Shown: positions 1 through 10,843, numbered from the stretch's first letter. The stretch is 64,000 bases of DNA from Acidimicrobiales bacterium (GCA_050015175.1 JBEKBX010000004.1:56104-120103), one strand, 5' to 3'. Numbers and translations: made by a program. The notes: a model not told the origin generated them from the letters alone.

Positions 1-2004
1 GCGGTCCGTAAGCGCTTCGACTTCGACGACGGCGCCCTGAGCACCATCGCGGACTGGATTGTCAGGACCAACGTGCGTTGGGGTCTCGACGGCCCGCACC
101 GCGAGGCTTGGGGCCTCCCGCCGGAATTCACAGCCAACTCGTGGCGTACGGCGATCGACCGGGTGCTCATGGGAGTGGCCGTGAGTGACGACGTCCTGGA
201 TCTCGCGCCGGGCGACATCGCTCCACTCGGCGTCGAGGGCGACGACATCGATGTCGCCGGCCGCCTGGCGGATGTTCTCGCACGTCTCGCGGCCACCACC
301 CGCGACATGAGGCGAGAGCGCACGGCCGCTCAGTGGTGCGACGCGCTGTCGGATGCCATCGGACAGTTCTTCCAAGTGGACTCCGCCCAGCAATGGCAGC
401 TCGACCACGTCCTGCGGATCCTCGCCGAGATCCGTGACCACGCCGTGGCAGGTGGTGAGCCCGCGTCGGTCGAGATCTCGCTCGGAGACGTCCGCCGACT
501 GCTTGCCGATCGGTTCCAGGGCACGTCGCGCCGCCCCGACTTCTTCCGGGGCGGTATCACCGTGAGCTCGTTGACGCCGCTGCGGTGGTTGCCGTTCCGC
601 GTGATCTGCATCCTCGGGCTCGACGAGGCGGGCACAAGCGGCATCGCCGGTACCGACGGCGACGATCTCGCGGCCGCAGCCCCACTAGTCGGCGACCGCG
701 ACCCCCGCTCGGAGGTCCGCCAGGCGCTTCTCGAGGCGGTTCTTGCCGCGGGCGACCATCTCGTCATCACGCGGACGGGCCACAACATCCGTACCAACCA
801 GGAGGAGCCGCCCGCCACCGTGCTCGCCGAGTTGCGGGACACGATCACCGCCACGCTCTCGGCGGCGAGCAGGAGCTCCTACCGGGACCAGATCGAGACC
901 GTTCACCCCCTCCAGCCTTTCGACGACCGGTGCTTCAGGCCCGGCCAGCTGAACCATCCCGGCCCGTGGAGCTTCGACGCCGGCGCATTGGCCGGGGCAC
1001 GTGCCCGCAGGGAGCGACGCACGGAGAGACGTCCGTTCCTAGAAGCGGCGCTTCCTCCTGCCCCGAACGAGGACGCCGTGATAGACCTCGCCGACTTGCA
1101 GAGGTTCTTCAAGCACCCGGTGAAGGCGTTCCTGCGCGAGCGTCTTCAACTCCACCTGCCGACCGACGACCGCGACCTGTCCGACGATCTTCCGACGGCG
1201 CTCGACAGCCTCGAATGCTGGTCGGCCGCCGAGCGGCTGCTCGGGGCCCGGCTTGCCGGGCGCGCCGACGGCGAGTGGGAGCGTCACGAGCGTGCTCTTG
1301 GAACGCTCCCTCCGGGAGGGCTGGGTGACATCCTGCTCGCGGAGATAGAGGAGACGGTCTCGCAGCTGCTCGTCGCGGCAACCGAGATGGGCGTCGATCC
1401 GGCGCGCGGCGATCACCTGCCGGTCGAGGTCGTGCTCGCCGACGGCACGCGCGTCGTCGGGACGGTCGTGGGTCGTTGCGCCGACTCCTCTCCGGGCCCG
1501 GCACTGGTCTCATTCAGCAAGGTCGCGGCCAGGCATCGCCTGGCGGCCTGGCTCGACCTCATGGTCCTCCTGGCGGACGACCCCGCGACCAGCTGGCGAA
1601 GCGTCGTGCTCGGGCGCTCCGAGAAGAAGGGCAAACTGAAGACGCTCGAGCTCGTCGGGAGCGGCGACACCGGTCACGAGCGCCACGGCCGCGCGCTCGA
1701 CGCGCTCGAGGTCGTTGTCGACTGCTACCGGCGCGGGATGCGCGAACCGATCCCGCTGTTCGCGTCAGTCTCCTACAAGTTGCACGCGCGCAAGGCCAGC
1801 TCGAACGATTGGGAGCCGTACGGCGGTCACGGGGACGGCGACGACGATGCGAACCGTCTGGCGTTCGGGGATCTCAGCTTTGACGACCTCCGTGCGCTGA
1901 GGGCACACGCCGACGACCCCGAAGGACCCTCGCCGCAGCGGGCTCTGCGGTTCGCCGACTACCTGTGGAGCACGGTCGAGGCGAGCGCCAGGGAGCTCGG
2001 ATGA
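1..2004 (+). CDS. recC: Exodeoxyribonuclease V gamma subunit (5'-truncated by window edge)
   Basis: Frame open from base 1. RecC-like segments (VRWGLD, GGITVSSLTPLRWLPFRVICILGLD, HPLQPFD, FFKHPVKAFLRERL). Stop overlaps the recB start (ATGA). Confidence 0.93.
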   Translation, partial: AVRKRFDFDDGALSTIADWIVRTNVRWGLDGPHREAWGLPPEFTANSWRTAIDRVLMGVAVSDDVLDLAPGDIAPLGVEGDDIDVAGRLADVLARLAATTRDMRRERTAAQWCDALSDAIGQFFQVDSAQQWQLDHVLRILAEIRDHAVAGGEPASVEISLGDVRRLLADRFQGTSRRPDFFRGGITVSSLTPLRWLPFRVICILGLDEAGTSGIAGTDGDDLAAAAPLVGDRDPRSEVRQALLEAVLAAGDHLVITRTGHNIRTNQEEPPATVLAELRDTITATLSAASRSSYRDQIETVHPLQPFDDRCFRPGQLNHPGPWSFDAGALAGARARRERRTERRPFLEAALPPAPNEDAVIDLADLQRFFKHPVKAFLRERLQLHLPTDDRDLSDDLPTALDSLECWSAAERLLGARLAGRADGEWERHERALGTLPPGGLGDILLAEIEETVSQLLVAATEMGVDPARGDHLPVEVVLADGTRVVGTVVGRCADSSPGPALVSFSKVAARHRLAAWLDLMVLLADDPATSWRSVVLGRSEKKGKLKTLELVGSGDTGHERHGRALDALEVVVDCYRRGMREPIPLFASVSYKLHARKASSNDWEPYGGHGDGDDDANRLAFGDLSFDDLRALRAHADDPEGPSPQRALRFADYLWSTVEASARELG

Positions 2005-5000
2005 GCGCACCACAGGTCTTTTCGCTCCGCGACGAGCTGCCCACCGGTTGTGTCGCCATCGAGGCGAGTGCCGGAACGGGCAAGACCTACACACTCGCGG
2101 GCCTGGTCGTGCGTTATGTGGCCGAGGAAGGGGTCCGTGTCGAAGAGCTCCTCATGGTCACCTTCACCCGAGCTGCTGCGGCCGAGTTGCGCGATCGTGT
2201 CCGGAGCCGGCTCAGCGAGGCGGCGGCGGCGTTGCGCAAGCCCGGCGACATCGCGACGACCGACGAGCTCCTGGCGCACCTGGCGGCCAGAGATCGCGAG
2301 ATCCGTCTCGCTCGCTTGGAACAGGCCGTCGTCGACTTCGACGCGGCCACGATCACGACCATCCACGGCTTCGCCCAGCAGGTGCTCGCCACCCTGGGCT
2401 CGGCCGCCCCCGGTGACCGCGAGGCATCGCTGCTCGACGACACGGTCGAGCTCGTCGAGGCGGTCTGCGCCGACGTGCTCGCCGCGGAGTCGGTCGCCGA
2501 CCCGATGATGGCCGACCAGCTTCCGGACCTGAAGGGCCTCTCGCACTTGTGCGGCAAGCTGCTCGGGAACCCCGGTATCAATGCCACGCCTGGCACCGAC
2601 GCCTCCGAGTCCACGGTCACGGCTGCCCGGTTGCGACGCCTTGTCGACAGCGCCGTCGACGAGGTGCACCGACGCCGGCGCGACGCGGGCACCCTCTCGT
2701 TCGACGATCTGCTGACCCGGCTCCGCGATGCTCTGAGCGAGGGCTCGGTCGCCGTTGCCAGCTTGCGCCGCCGATTCCGCATCGCTCTCATCGACGAGTT
2801 CCAGGACACCGACCCGGTGCAGTGGGAGATCTTCTCGCGGCTGTTCGCAAGTCCCTTCCATACCTCGCCGCTCGTCCTGGTCGCCGACCCGAAGCAGGCG
2901 ATCTACGCGTTTCGCGGCGCGGACGTGCACACCTACCTCGAGGCCGCGCACCGGCCCGGCACGACCCGGTGCACCCTCGGAGTGAACCGCCGATCCGACG
3001 GCGCGCTTGTGGACGCCCTCGAGTGCCTATTCCAAGGCGCGACATTCGGGGATCCCCGGATCGAGTTCGTGCAAGTCGAGGCGGCAGCCGAGCACCAGGA
3101 CCTGCGCCTCACGACCGACGACGGCGCCGCGCTGCCCGCACTTTCTTTACGTCTCGCTCTCGGTGACGACCTGCCGCGCAACGCGAGCGGCTGGATCCTC
3201 ACCGGCACCGCGGAAGCCGCGATCGCGCGCGACCTCGCAGAACAGGTCCAGGAGCTGCTGGAGTCGGCCTCGATCCCTTCGAGAGACGGCACGGCTGTGC
3301 CGCGGCGCGTGCGGCCCGGCAACGTCGCCGTGCTCGTGGGCACGAATGCAGAAGCCGAGCGGATCCAGACCGCCTTGCGTCTCCGGGCAATCCCTGCGGT
3401 GGTGACCCGGAGCGACAGCGTCCTGCGGTCGGACGCGGCCAAACAGTGGCGCTGGCTCCTTGCCGGCCTCACCCGGCCGGCCGACCCGACCCGGGCCCGC
3501 ACCGCGGCACTCTCATGGTTCTTCGGCTGGTCGGTGCGCGATCTCGACGCGGCTGACGACGCGAGGCTCAGCCGGGTGCAGGACCAGCTCTTCAGATGGT
3601 CCGAGGTACTCAACGCCCAAGGCACGGTCGCGTTCTGCGCGAGGGTCTGGTCCGACAGCGGGGTGACGGCCCGCGTGCTGGCATCAAGTGACGGGGATCG
3701 CGACCTCACGGACCTCGACCACATCGCCGGACTGCTGCAGATGAGCACCGCCGGCCGCCGGCCGACCGCCGTAGGCCTGCTCGCGACGCTCAAACAGCTG
3801 GAGTCCGAGGCCGGAGGCGATCCCGAGACCGACCTGACGGCTCGTCAGGTCGACTCCGACGCCGAGGCGGTGCGGGTCATGACCGTGCACGCGGCGAAGG
3901 GCCTCGAGTTCCCGATCGTCTGCGTGCCGACGCTGTGGCGCCGCAGCCTGGCCGTCGCGCACGAGATCGTGTTCCGTGACCCCGTCTCGGGGCTGCGGAC
4001 GTTCGACATCGCGAATGACGAGGACTGGCCCACGCCGGCCGACGCCAGGGAGCGCAAGCTACTCGCTGACGACGAGGCAAGAGGGGAGAATCTCCGGCTC
4101 TTGTACGTGGCGCTCACCCGTGCCCGGCACAAGACGCTTCTCTGGTGGTCGCACGTGCCGGGATGCGAGATCAGCGGGCTCACGCACGTGCTCTTCGCGC
4201 GGAGCAACGGTGCCATAGACCCGGAGCAGTTCGCGGCGCCGAAGGTCCTTCCCCGGGTCGACATGGACCTTGCCGCGGCCCTCGAGTCCGCGTTCGCTCC
4301 GGCCGGCGACGCCGTGGCCGTATCGGTCACAGGCACCGCTGAAGGCCCGGTCCGTTGCTGGGCCGGCGACGCGGCACGGGCGCCCACGGACCCGATCGAA
4401 AGCGCCCGGCTCGATCGGGTCCCGTTCCGCGGGAGCCGCCGCTGGTCGTTCAGCGCCATCAGCGACCGCGCCCGGCACGCCGACCTCGACCCCGAGGACG
4501 AAACCCTAGGTGATTCAGGCGCGGCCGACGAGCCGGCCGCAGTCGTCGGCACCGCGGCGGCGATCCCGAGCGCGGTTGCCTCCGACCTGCCGCTCGGCGC
4601 GGTCGCCGGGGGCGTCCAGTTCGGAACGCTCGTCCACGAGGTGCTCGAGCTCGTCGATTTCACGACGGACGACCTTGACGCCGAGCTGCGCACCCACGTT
4701 GACGACCGGCTCCGATGGAACCCCTGGCCGGTCGATGCACAGACTCTCGTCGCAGGCCTGCGCGCCGCGATCGAGGCACCGCTCGGCCCGCTGTTCAAAG
4801 GCAGGCGGTTGCGGGACCTCACCCGCAGCGACCGGCTCGGCGAGCTGGGCTTCGAGCTCCGCCTGGGCGGGAAAGGCCGTTTCGCGACAGATCGCGACGT
4901 CGGCGCTCTCGTGCTGCGCCTTCTGCCCAGCGACGATCCGCTCAGGCCGTGGGCGCAGCGCCTCGCCTCGGGGCTGTTCGGGGTCGGGCTCGCGGGCCAT

Positions 5001-5414
5001 CTCACAGGCTCCATCGACATGGTCACCCGCGTCCGCGACTCGGGGGACCCGGACGCGCGGCCTCGCTTCGTGGTCGTCGACTACAAGACGAACACGCTCG
5101 GCGATCAGGGCCGCGAGCCCCAGTCGCTCGACTACCACCCGGACCGCCTGCCCGCGGCGATGGCAGCCCACCACTACCCGTTGCAGGCCCTGCTCTACCT
5201 GGTCGCGTTGCACCGCTACCTGCGTTGGCGCTTACCCGGCTACGAGCCGGCGGAGCACCTCGGTGGCGCCGCGTACCTCTTCGTGCGGGGCATGGCCGGC
5301 GCCGACACGCCGGTGGTCGGGGAGAACCCGCACGGGGTGTTCACCTGGCGTGTCCCGCCCGTTCTCGTGACAGCGCTCAGCGACCTGCTCGACGGCACCG
5401 GGGTCCCGGCGTGA
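2001..5414 (+). CDS. recB: Exodeoxyribonuclease V beta subunit (helicase-nuclease)
   Basis: ASAGTGKT Walker A, IDEFQDTD, DPKQAIYAFRGAD, TVHAAKGLEFP, LYVALTRA and C-terminal nuclease IDMV...VDYKTN. ATG at 2001. Confidence 0.95.
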   Translation: MSAPQVFSLRDELPTGCVAIEASAGTGKTYTLAGLVVRYVAEEGVRVEELLMVTFTRAAAAELRDRVRSRLSEAAAALRKPGDIATTDELLAHLAARDREIRLARLEQAVVDFDAATITTIHGFAQQVLATLGSAAPGDREASLLDDTVELVEAVCADVLAAESVADPMMADQLPDLKGLSHLCGKLLGNPGINATPGTDASESTVTAARLRRLVDSAVDEVHRRRRDAGTLSFDDLLTRLRDALSEGSVAVASLRRRFRIALIDEFQDTDPVQWEIFSRLFASPFHTSPLVLVADPKQAIYAFRGADVHTYLEAAHRPGTTRCTLGVNRRSDGALVDALECLFQGATFGDPRIEFVQVEAAAEHQDLRLTTDDGAALPALSLRLALGDDLPRNASGWILTGTAEAAIARDLAEQVQELLESASIPSRDGTAVPRRVRPGNVAVLVGTNAEAERIQTALRLRAIPAVVTRSDSVLRSDAAKQWRWLLAGLTRPADPTRARTAALSWFFGWSVRDLDAADDARLSRVQDQLFRWSEVLNAQGTVAFCARVWSDSGVTARVLASSDGDRDLTDLDHIAGLLQMSTAGRRPTAVGLLATLKQLESEAGGDPETDLTARQVDSDAEAVRVMTVHAAKGLEFPIVCVPTLWRRSLAVAHEIVFRDPVSGLRTFDIANDEDWPTPADARERKLLADDEARGENLRLLYVALTRARHKTLLWWSHVPGCEISGLTHVLFARSNGAIDPEQFAAPKVLPRVDMDLAAALESAFAPAGDAVAVSVTGTAEGPVRCWAGDAARAPTDPIESARLDRVPFRGSRRWSFSAISDRARHADLDPEDETLGDSGAADEPAAVVGTAAAIPSAVASDLPLGAVAGGVQFGTLVHEVLELVDFTTDDLDAELRTHVDDRLRWNPWPVDAQTLVAGLRAAIEAPLGPLFKGRRLRDLTRSDRLGELGFELRLGGKGRFATDRDVGALVLRLLPSDDPLRPWAQRLASGLFGVGLAGHLTGSIDMVTRVRDSGDPDARPRFVVVDYKTNTLGDQGREPQSLDYHPDRLPAAMAAHHYPLQALLYLVALHRYLRWRLPGYEPAEHLGGAAYLFVRGMAGADTPVVGENPHGVFTWRVPPVLVTALSDLLDGTGVPA

Positions 5415-7222
5415 CCGGTGCGCTCCTCGGCGCCGAGGTGGCGACGCTGGCGCCTTTCGTCGAGGCAGGCGTTCTCGAGTCGTCCGACGTTCACGTTGCC
5501 GGCGTGATCGCGCGAAATGTCGGCGGCCTGGAACCTGAGGTGGTGCTCGGGGCTGCCCTGGCGGCACGTGCCCCGCGCTTCGGGCACGTCTGCGCGGTCA
5601 TCGGGACTGTCGCCGGGTCCGTCGTCGTCGACGCTGCCGCGGTCGACTCGATCGAATCCCTGCCCTGGCCAGATCCCACGCGTTGGGCGAGGTCCCTCGA
5701 GGCAAGCCCGGCAGTGCGCCGCCCGCAGGACCGATCGGGCGGGGTGATCTTGCCGCTCGTCTTCGACGGTACCCGTCTGTACCTCGAGCGCTACTGGCGA
5801 TTCGAGGAACGTGTCGCAGAGGACCTGTTGAGCCGCGCGCGCACCGACGGCGGATTCGCAACCTCGTCGCCCGCCCTCGACGGCGTCCTCGACGAGCTCT
5901 TCGAGACCATGGACCCGCTACAGCGCGAGGCCGCAGCGCAAGGCTTGACTCGCGGGATCGCCGTGATCGGGGGCGGGCCGGGCACCGGCAAGACGCGTAC
6001 CGTCGCCCGGCTGCTCGCTGCGGCGAACGCGGTCGCGCTCGCCCGGGGCCAGACGCTGGACGTGGCTCTCGCGGCGCCCACCGGAAAGGCGGCCGCGCGC
6101 ATGACAGCGGCAGTGCACGAGGAGGCCGACGACACGAACCTCCGCGAGGGCGTCGCGGAGGTGCTGCGGCGGACCGAGGCGGAGACGCTGCATCGTCTGC
6201 TCGGCGCCCATGCAGGCGGGAAACCCCTCTTCGACCACTCCAATCCCCTGTCCAACGCGCTTGTGGTGGTGGACGAGACGTCGATGGTGTCGCTCCCGAT
6301 GATGGCCCGCCTGCTCGACGCGGTCCGCTCCGACGCCACGCTCGTGCTGGTCGGGGACCCATACCAGCTCGCGAGCGTCGAGGCCGGGGCCGTTCTCGGT
6401 GAGATCGTCGGCCCGAGGGCGACAGGGCCGGCGAACGGGCCGCTCGGACCGGGGATCGTGCTGCTCGAGCACAATTACCGGTTCGGCCCCGGCTCGGAGA
6501 TAGCGGCGCTCGCCGACGCGATCCGCCTCGGCAACGCCGATCTTGCCGTGGACCTCCTCTCTCACCACGGCTCCGGTGAGCTGACGTGGGTCGAGGACCA
6601 GGACCAGGCCGGCATCGACCGACTCCGCGAGGAGGCGGCGGTCTGGGCCGCCGGGGTCGTCCGTGCGGCGCAGAAGGGCGAGGCCGAAGAAGGCCTGCGC
6701 CTTGCCTCAGAGTTGAAGGTCCTGTGCGCGACGCGACTCGGAGCTCTCGGTGTCTCCGGCTGGAGTGCAGCCATCGAAGCCCTCACGGCGCGGACGCTTC
6801 CCGACGCCGGCATCGGCCGGCGCACCTACGTCGGCCGGCCCGTGATCGTCACGCGCAACGACTACTTCAACCAGGTGTTCAACGGTGACGTGGGACTTGT
6901 GGTCGTCGGCGCGAACGGACCGGTCGCAGCCTTCCAGGAGGCGAGCGGCGATTTCCGGGAGCTCGCGATGTCGCGGCTGTCCGACATCGAAACTTGGTGG
7001 GCGATGACGATCCACAAGAGCCAGGGGTCGGAGTTCGAGCGCGTGATCGTCGCGCTCCCTCGGCCTCCGTCGCCGATCCTCACCCGTGAGCTCCTCTACA
7101 CCGCCGTCACCCGCGCCAAGCAGCAGGTCACGGTGGTAGCTGCCGAGGAGTCACTGCGGGCTGCGATCGCCAACCCGGTGGCCAGAGCCTCAGGGCTCGG
7201 CCAGAAGCTCTGGACCGCCTGA
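5411..7222 (+). CDS. recD: Exodeoxyribonuclease V alpha subunit (5'-3' helicase)
   Basis: GGPGTGKT, APTGKAA, VDETSMV, GDPYQL, TIHKSQGSEF, LLYTAVTRAK. GTG at 5411 overlaps the recB stop. Confidence 0.95.
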   Translation: MTGALLGAEVATLAPFVEAGVLESSDVHVAGVIARNVGGLEPEVVLGAALAARAPRFGHVCAVIGTVAGSVVVDAAAVDSIESLPWPDPTRWARSLEASPAVRRPQDRSGGVILPLVFDGTRLYLERYWRFEERVAEDLLSRARTDGGFATSSPALDGVLDELFETMDPLQREAAAQGLTRGIAVIGGGPGTGKTRTVARLLAAANAVALARGQTLDVALAAPTGKAAARMTAAVHEEADDTNLREGVAEVLRRTEAETLHRLLGAHAGGKPLFDHSNPLSNALVVVDETSMVSLPMMARLLDAVRSDATLVLVGDPYQLASVEAGAVLGEIVGPRATGPANGPLGPGIVLLEHNYRFGPGSEIAALADAIRLGNADLAVDLLSHHGSGELTWVEDQDQAGIDRLREEAAVWAAGVVRAAQKGEAEEGLRLASELKVLCATRLGALGVSGWSAAIEALTARTLPDAGIGRRTYVGRPVIVTRNDYFNQVFNGDVGLVVVGANGPVAAFQEASGDFRELAMSRLSDIETWWAMTIHKSQGSEFERVIVALPRPPSPILTRELLYTAVTRAKQQVTVVAAEESLRAAIANPVARASGLGQKLWTA

Positions 7223-7321
7223 GCTCCCTCCCGGGTGGAGCACGGGAGTGTTGAGATGCGCAGAATCGCGGGGCCGGGAGAACGCCTACGCGAACAGGAC
7301 TACTCGATGCTTCATGGAGTC

Positions 7322-7867
7322 ATGAAGACCATCGCGACGTGGCGGGTAATGGCGTGCCTCACCGTGGCATCGATCGCGGCTGCGAGCGGGGCGAGCGGCG
7401 TGGCGCAGGGGGTGCCGAGGACCACGACGCGGGGGACCTCACAGCCGGCTGCCGTTCCGACGTCGCTCTGCAGGTCCATCGGGCAGGTCGAACGACTTGT
7501 CGTGCGTCGCGTCGACGCGTTCCCGCAGAACGGCATCCATTTCTCGTTCCCGGCGGAGACCGTGGTGACCGAGGTCACATCGGTCCGGGACGTCGCCAAA
7601 GTGGTCTGCGCCCTGCCGCGGATTCCCGCAACTGTGATGAGCTGCCCGGCGGACCTCGGGATCACCTATCGCCTCAGCTTCACCGCACCCGACGAGACGT
7701 TCCCGACCGTGGCCGTGTCTGCCACGGGTTGTGAGACGGTGCTCGGGATCGGCCCGACCCGCTGGGTGGCCGGCTCCTCGAACTTCTGGCGCCGCCTCGG
7801 CGACGACATGGGACTGCCAAGCCCGACCTGGGCGACATTCCGGGGTAGCGGAGGGGCACTCGGCTGA
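7322..7867 (+). CDS. Putative secreted Cys-containing hypothetical protein
   Basis: Signal-peptide-like N-terminus (MKTIATWRVMACLTVASIAAASGA), Thr-rich linker, four later Cys including CPADLGITY. Start uncertain (ORF open from 7235). Confidence 0.6.
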   Translation: MKTIATWRVMACLTVASIAAASGASGVAQGVPRTTTRGTSQPAAVPTSLCRSIGQVERLVVRRVDAFPQNGIHFSFPAETVVTEVTSVRDVAKVVCALPRIPATVMSCPADLGITYRLSFTAPDETFPTVAVSATGCETVLGIGPTRWVAGSSNFWRRLGDDMGLPSPTWATFRGSGGALG

Positions 7868-7965
7868 GCCACGGCCGGGCTGCACCAGCCCTGACCGTGT
7901 GGTCTCATGAGTGACGTGACGCTCGCGTTCTCGGAGAAACAAGAGCTCCGCACCCGAGCCGTCTG

Positions 7966-8355
7966 ATGGATGCGGCTACCACCGTCGAGGTACGGCCATG
8001 GGGACGGTTCGGAGCCTGGCTCCTTGTCGGGGCCGCCTGGTCGCTCGGGGTGGTCGCGATACTCTCGATCGGCCTGTTCGTTCTCCCAGTAGCGGCGGTC
8101 GCAACGGTGCTGCTGGCGCGCCGCGCGCCTGGGCGGCCGGGTCTCCCCGGCCTCGTTTCAGGTCTCGGGGCTCCGGTGCTGTACGTCGCCTACCTCAACC
8201 GCTCCGGGCCGGGCAACGTGTGTACGGCGACAGCCCGCGCCAGTAGCTGCGTGCAGGAATTCGACCCCTGGTCATGGCTGATCGTGGGGTTGGTACTTGT
8301 CACGACCGGCATTGCGGTGTTCTGGTTGCGCACTCGCCCACGCCCGCGGGTCTGA
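7966..8355 (+). CDS. Small integral membrane hypothetical protein
   Basis: 129 aa with about four hydrophobic segments and a Cys pair in a loop. Confidence 0.65.
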   Translation: MDAATTVEVRPWGRFGAWLLVGAAWSLGVVAILSIGLFVLPVAAVATVLLARRAPGRPGLPGLVSGLGAPVLYVAYLNRSGPGNVCTATARASSCVQEFDPWSWLIVGLVLVTTGIAVFWLRTRPRPRV

Positions 8356-8438
8356 AACGAACATCCAGGACGGCGCCGTCGACACAGCGACTCACGCGGG
8401 ATCCTGTGTCTCGAGACCGAGGCGATCGTTCTGCGAGC

Positions 8439-9713
8439 ATGTGCGGCGTGCGCGTAAGAAGGCGACCGAAGTGGCGGCACCGGATCGCGGGGTTGCAGCG
8501 GAGCGTTGGTCCTGAGCTGCTCTCGGGAGCGTCTGACAACGACCCGACCAACGTTGGCACGGCTGTCGCCGTCGGCGCTGCCACTGCGTACCAACTGGCA
8601 TGGTTGGCGCTGTTGGTTGTTCCTCTGCTCGGAGTCGTTGAGACCATCGCCGCCCATGTCGGCTCGGTGACACACAACGATCTCCAGACGCTGGCTCTGA
8701 AGCGTTTCGGTCGGCATGTGGCCGCGACCCTGTTGGTGTCGGTGGTGATCGTCAACGCAGTTACCATCGCTGCCGATCTCCAAGCCGGGGCCGCCGCGAT
8801 CGGGCTGTTGGCAGGTGTCGACTCCCGCTGGTTGGTGGTGCCGTTCGGGCTGACACTTGTCGGATTGTTGCTGGTCGGCAAATACGGGCAAGTGGTGGCC
8901 GTGTTGCGCTACCTGCTCCTTGGCTTTCTGGCTTTCGGGGTCGCCGCGTTCCTCGCGCGTCCCGACTGGTCCCGCGTCCTCAGGTCCAGCTTTGTTCCCA
9001 CGCTGTCGTTGCATCGCGACGTCGTCGCCGGTGGCCTCGCCCTGCTCGGCACGACGCTGACCAGCTACGTGTATGTGTGGGAGACGATCGGGCGGGGGTT
9101 GGAAGAAGCGCCCGACGCCACGACCGGGGACCAGGGGTTGGCGCGTGCCAAGATCGGCGCTGTCATAGGTGCCGTCTTCACCGGAGTGATCTTGTGGTTC
9201 ATGCTGGTAGCGTCGGCGGCGACCCTGGGTCAACATCACGAGACGGTCACCTCGGCCCAAGACGCAGCCCAGGCTCTACGCCCGCTCGCCGGTTTTCTGG
9301 CGGCGGACTTGTTCGCTATCGGGCTTGTTATCTCCGCGGTGGTCGCACTGCCGGTGCTCATGGCCACCACCGCCTATGTGGTCGGCGCCCAATTCGATTG
9401 GCGCCGCGGGCTGTCGGAACCGGTCCACCATGCGCGGGGCTTCTATTGCGTTCTGGCGGCATCCATCGGCCTCGCACTCGCCGTGACCCTGGCCAAGATC
9501 TCGGTCATCTCAATGCTGGTCGCAGCGAGCGTGGTCGGAGGATTCGGAACACCCATCGGATTGGCCATCCTGGTCCTCCTGGCACGAGATCCCATGGTCA
9601 TGGGTGCACGCCCTATCTCCGCCAGGCTGGCGATGGCGGGCTGGACGGTCGCCGTCATAGTCGGCGGCTTTGGACTGCTCTTCGTCATCGGAGCGGCACT
9701 AGGCAAGTTCTGA
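8439..9713 (+). CDS. Nramp-family-related divalent metal transporter
   Basis: About 11 hydrophobic helices; GPELLSGASDNDPTNVGT in TM1 and GTTLTSYVYVW in TM6. Start uncertain. Confidence 0.8.
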   Translation: MCGVRVRRRPKWRHRIAGLQRSVGPELLSGASDNDPTNVGTAVAVGAATAYQLAWLALLVVPLLGVVETIAAHVGSVTHNDLQTLALKRFGRHVAATLLVSVVIVNAVTIAADLQAGAAAIGLLAGVDSRWLVVPFGLTLVGLLLVGKYGQVVAVLRYLLLGFLAFGVAAFLARPDWSRVLRSSFVPTLSLHRDVVAGGLALLGTTLTSYVYVWETIGRGLEEAPDATTGDQGLARAKIGAVIGAVFTGVILWFMLVASAATLGQHHETVTSAQDAAQALRPLAGFLAADLFAIGLVISAVVALPVLMATTAYVVGAQFDWRRGLSEPVHHARGFYCVLAASIGLALAVTLAKISVISMLVAASVVGGFGTPIGLAILVLLARDPMVMGARPISARLAMAGWTVAVIVGGFGLLFVIGAALGKF

Positions 9714-9928
9714 CCTGCGTTCACATCCGTATCTCTTTTCAAGGGGCTTTTCGGGCAGCTCTCCCATTGGGCGCCGACCCCCTGATCTGGCCGGCTCCGC
9801 CGTCGTACGGGCTGGCTGGTCCGGTTGCTACAGTTCCTCTCTCTTGTTCTGGCGTTCGTCGGCACCGAGACTCGACCTGAGCTCCTACGGCGCGTCGAGC
9901 TAACTCTGGACCACCCGGAGGAGCGCAG

Positions 9929-10843
9929 ATGGACCGCTGGACCGCCGCCCAGATTCCGGATCAGTCAGGCCGGGGCTTCGTGGTGACCGGCGCCAACAGT
10001 GGCCTCGGCTTCGAGACGGCCCGCCAGCTCGCCGCGCGCGGTGCCCGGGTCGTGCTCGCCGGCCGCAGCGAGGCGAAGGTGTCGGCCGCCATCGAGCAGA
10101 TCAGGGCCGAGAGCCCTGGCGCTCTCGTCGAGTTCCGGATGCTGGACCTCGCCGACCTCGATTCGGTGCGTGCCTTCGCCGAGGCGCTCGAGCGCGACGA
10201 GGTCGCGCTGGACGTTCTTGTCAACAACGCCGGCGTGATGTTCCCGCCCCGCGTCCTGACCCGCCAGGGCTTCGAGTCCCAGTTCGCGACCAACCACCTC
10301 GGCCACTTCGCGCTGACGGGGCTGTTGTTCGACACGATCCGCCAGGGCCGTGACGCCAGGGTGGTCACGGTGAGCTCGCTCGAGCACCGGGGCGGGTCCA
10401 TCCACTTCGACGACCTGACAGGCGAGCGGTCCTATTCACCGAGGGTCTTCTATCGCCAGTCCAAGTTCGCCAACGTGCTGTTCGGCCTGGAGCTGGACCG
10501 CCGGGTGCGGGCGGCGGGCATCCCGGTCCGCTCCTTGCTCGCCCACCCCGGTTGGTCGGCCACGAACCTGCAGACGAGCGCCCCGACCGGCGTGATGAAG
10601 CAGATGATGAGGCTCGGCAACCGCCTGCTGGCCCAGAGCGCGGAGATCGGTGCCTTGAGCCAGCTCTACGCTGCCGTCGACCCCGGGGCGGAGAGCGGCT
10701 CTTTCTACGGTCCGGACGGCCTGGGAGAGCTGCGCGGCCATCCGACCCGGGTACGCCCGGCGCCGTCGGCGACGGACGAGGAGGCGGCACGGCGCCTGTG
10801 GGAGGTGTCGGAGGAGCTCACCGGAGTCACGTTCAGGCTCTGA
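9929..10843 (+). CDS. SDR family oxidoreductase (retinol dehydrogenase/WWOX-like)
   Basis: TGANSGLG, NNAG, NHLGHF, YRQSK (YxxxK), HPG; GGAGG RBS upstream. Confidence 0.92.
   Translation: MDRWTAAQIPDQSGRGFVVTGANSGLGFETARQLAARGARVVLAGRSEAKVSAAIEQIRAESPGALVEFRMLDLADLDSVRAFAEALERDEVALDVLVNNAGVMFPPRVLTRQGFESQFATNHLGHFALTGLLFDTIRQGRDARVVTVSSLEHRGGSIHFDDLTGERSYSPRVFYRQSKFANVLFGLELDRRVRAAGIPVRSLLAHPGWSATNLQTSAPTGVMKQMMRLGNRLLAQSAEIGALSQLYAAVDPGAESGSFYGPDGLGELRGHPTRVRPAPSATDEEAARRLWEVSEELTGVTFRL

Noticed and set aside
2875-2900. RecB motif reads ADPKQ instead of the usual GDPKQ
   Set aside because: A single conservative change with all other helicase and nuclease motifs intact; no sign of inactivation.
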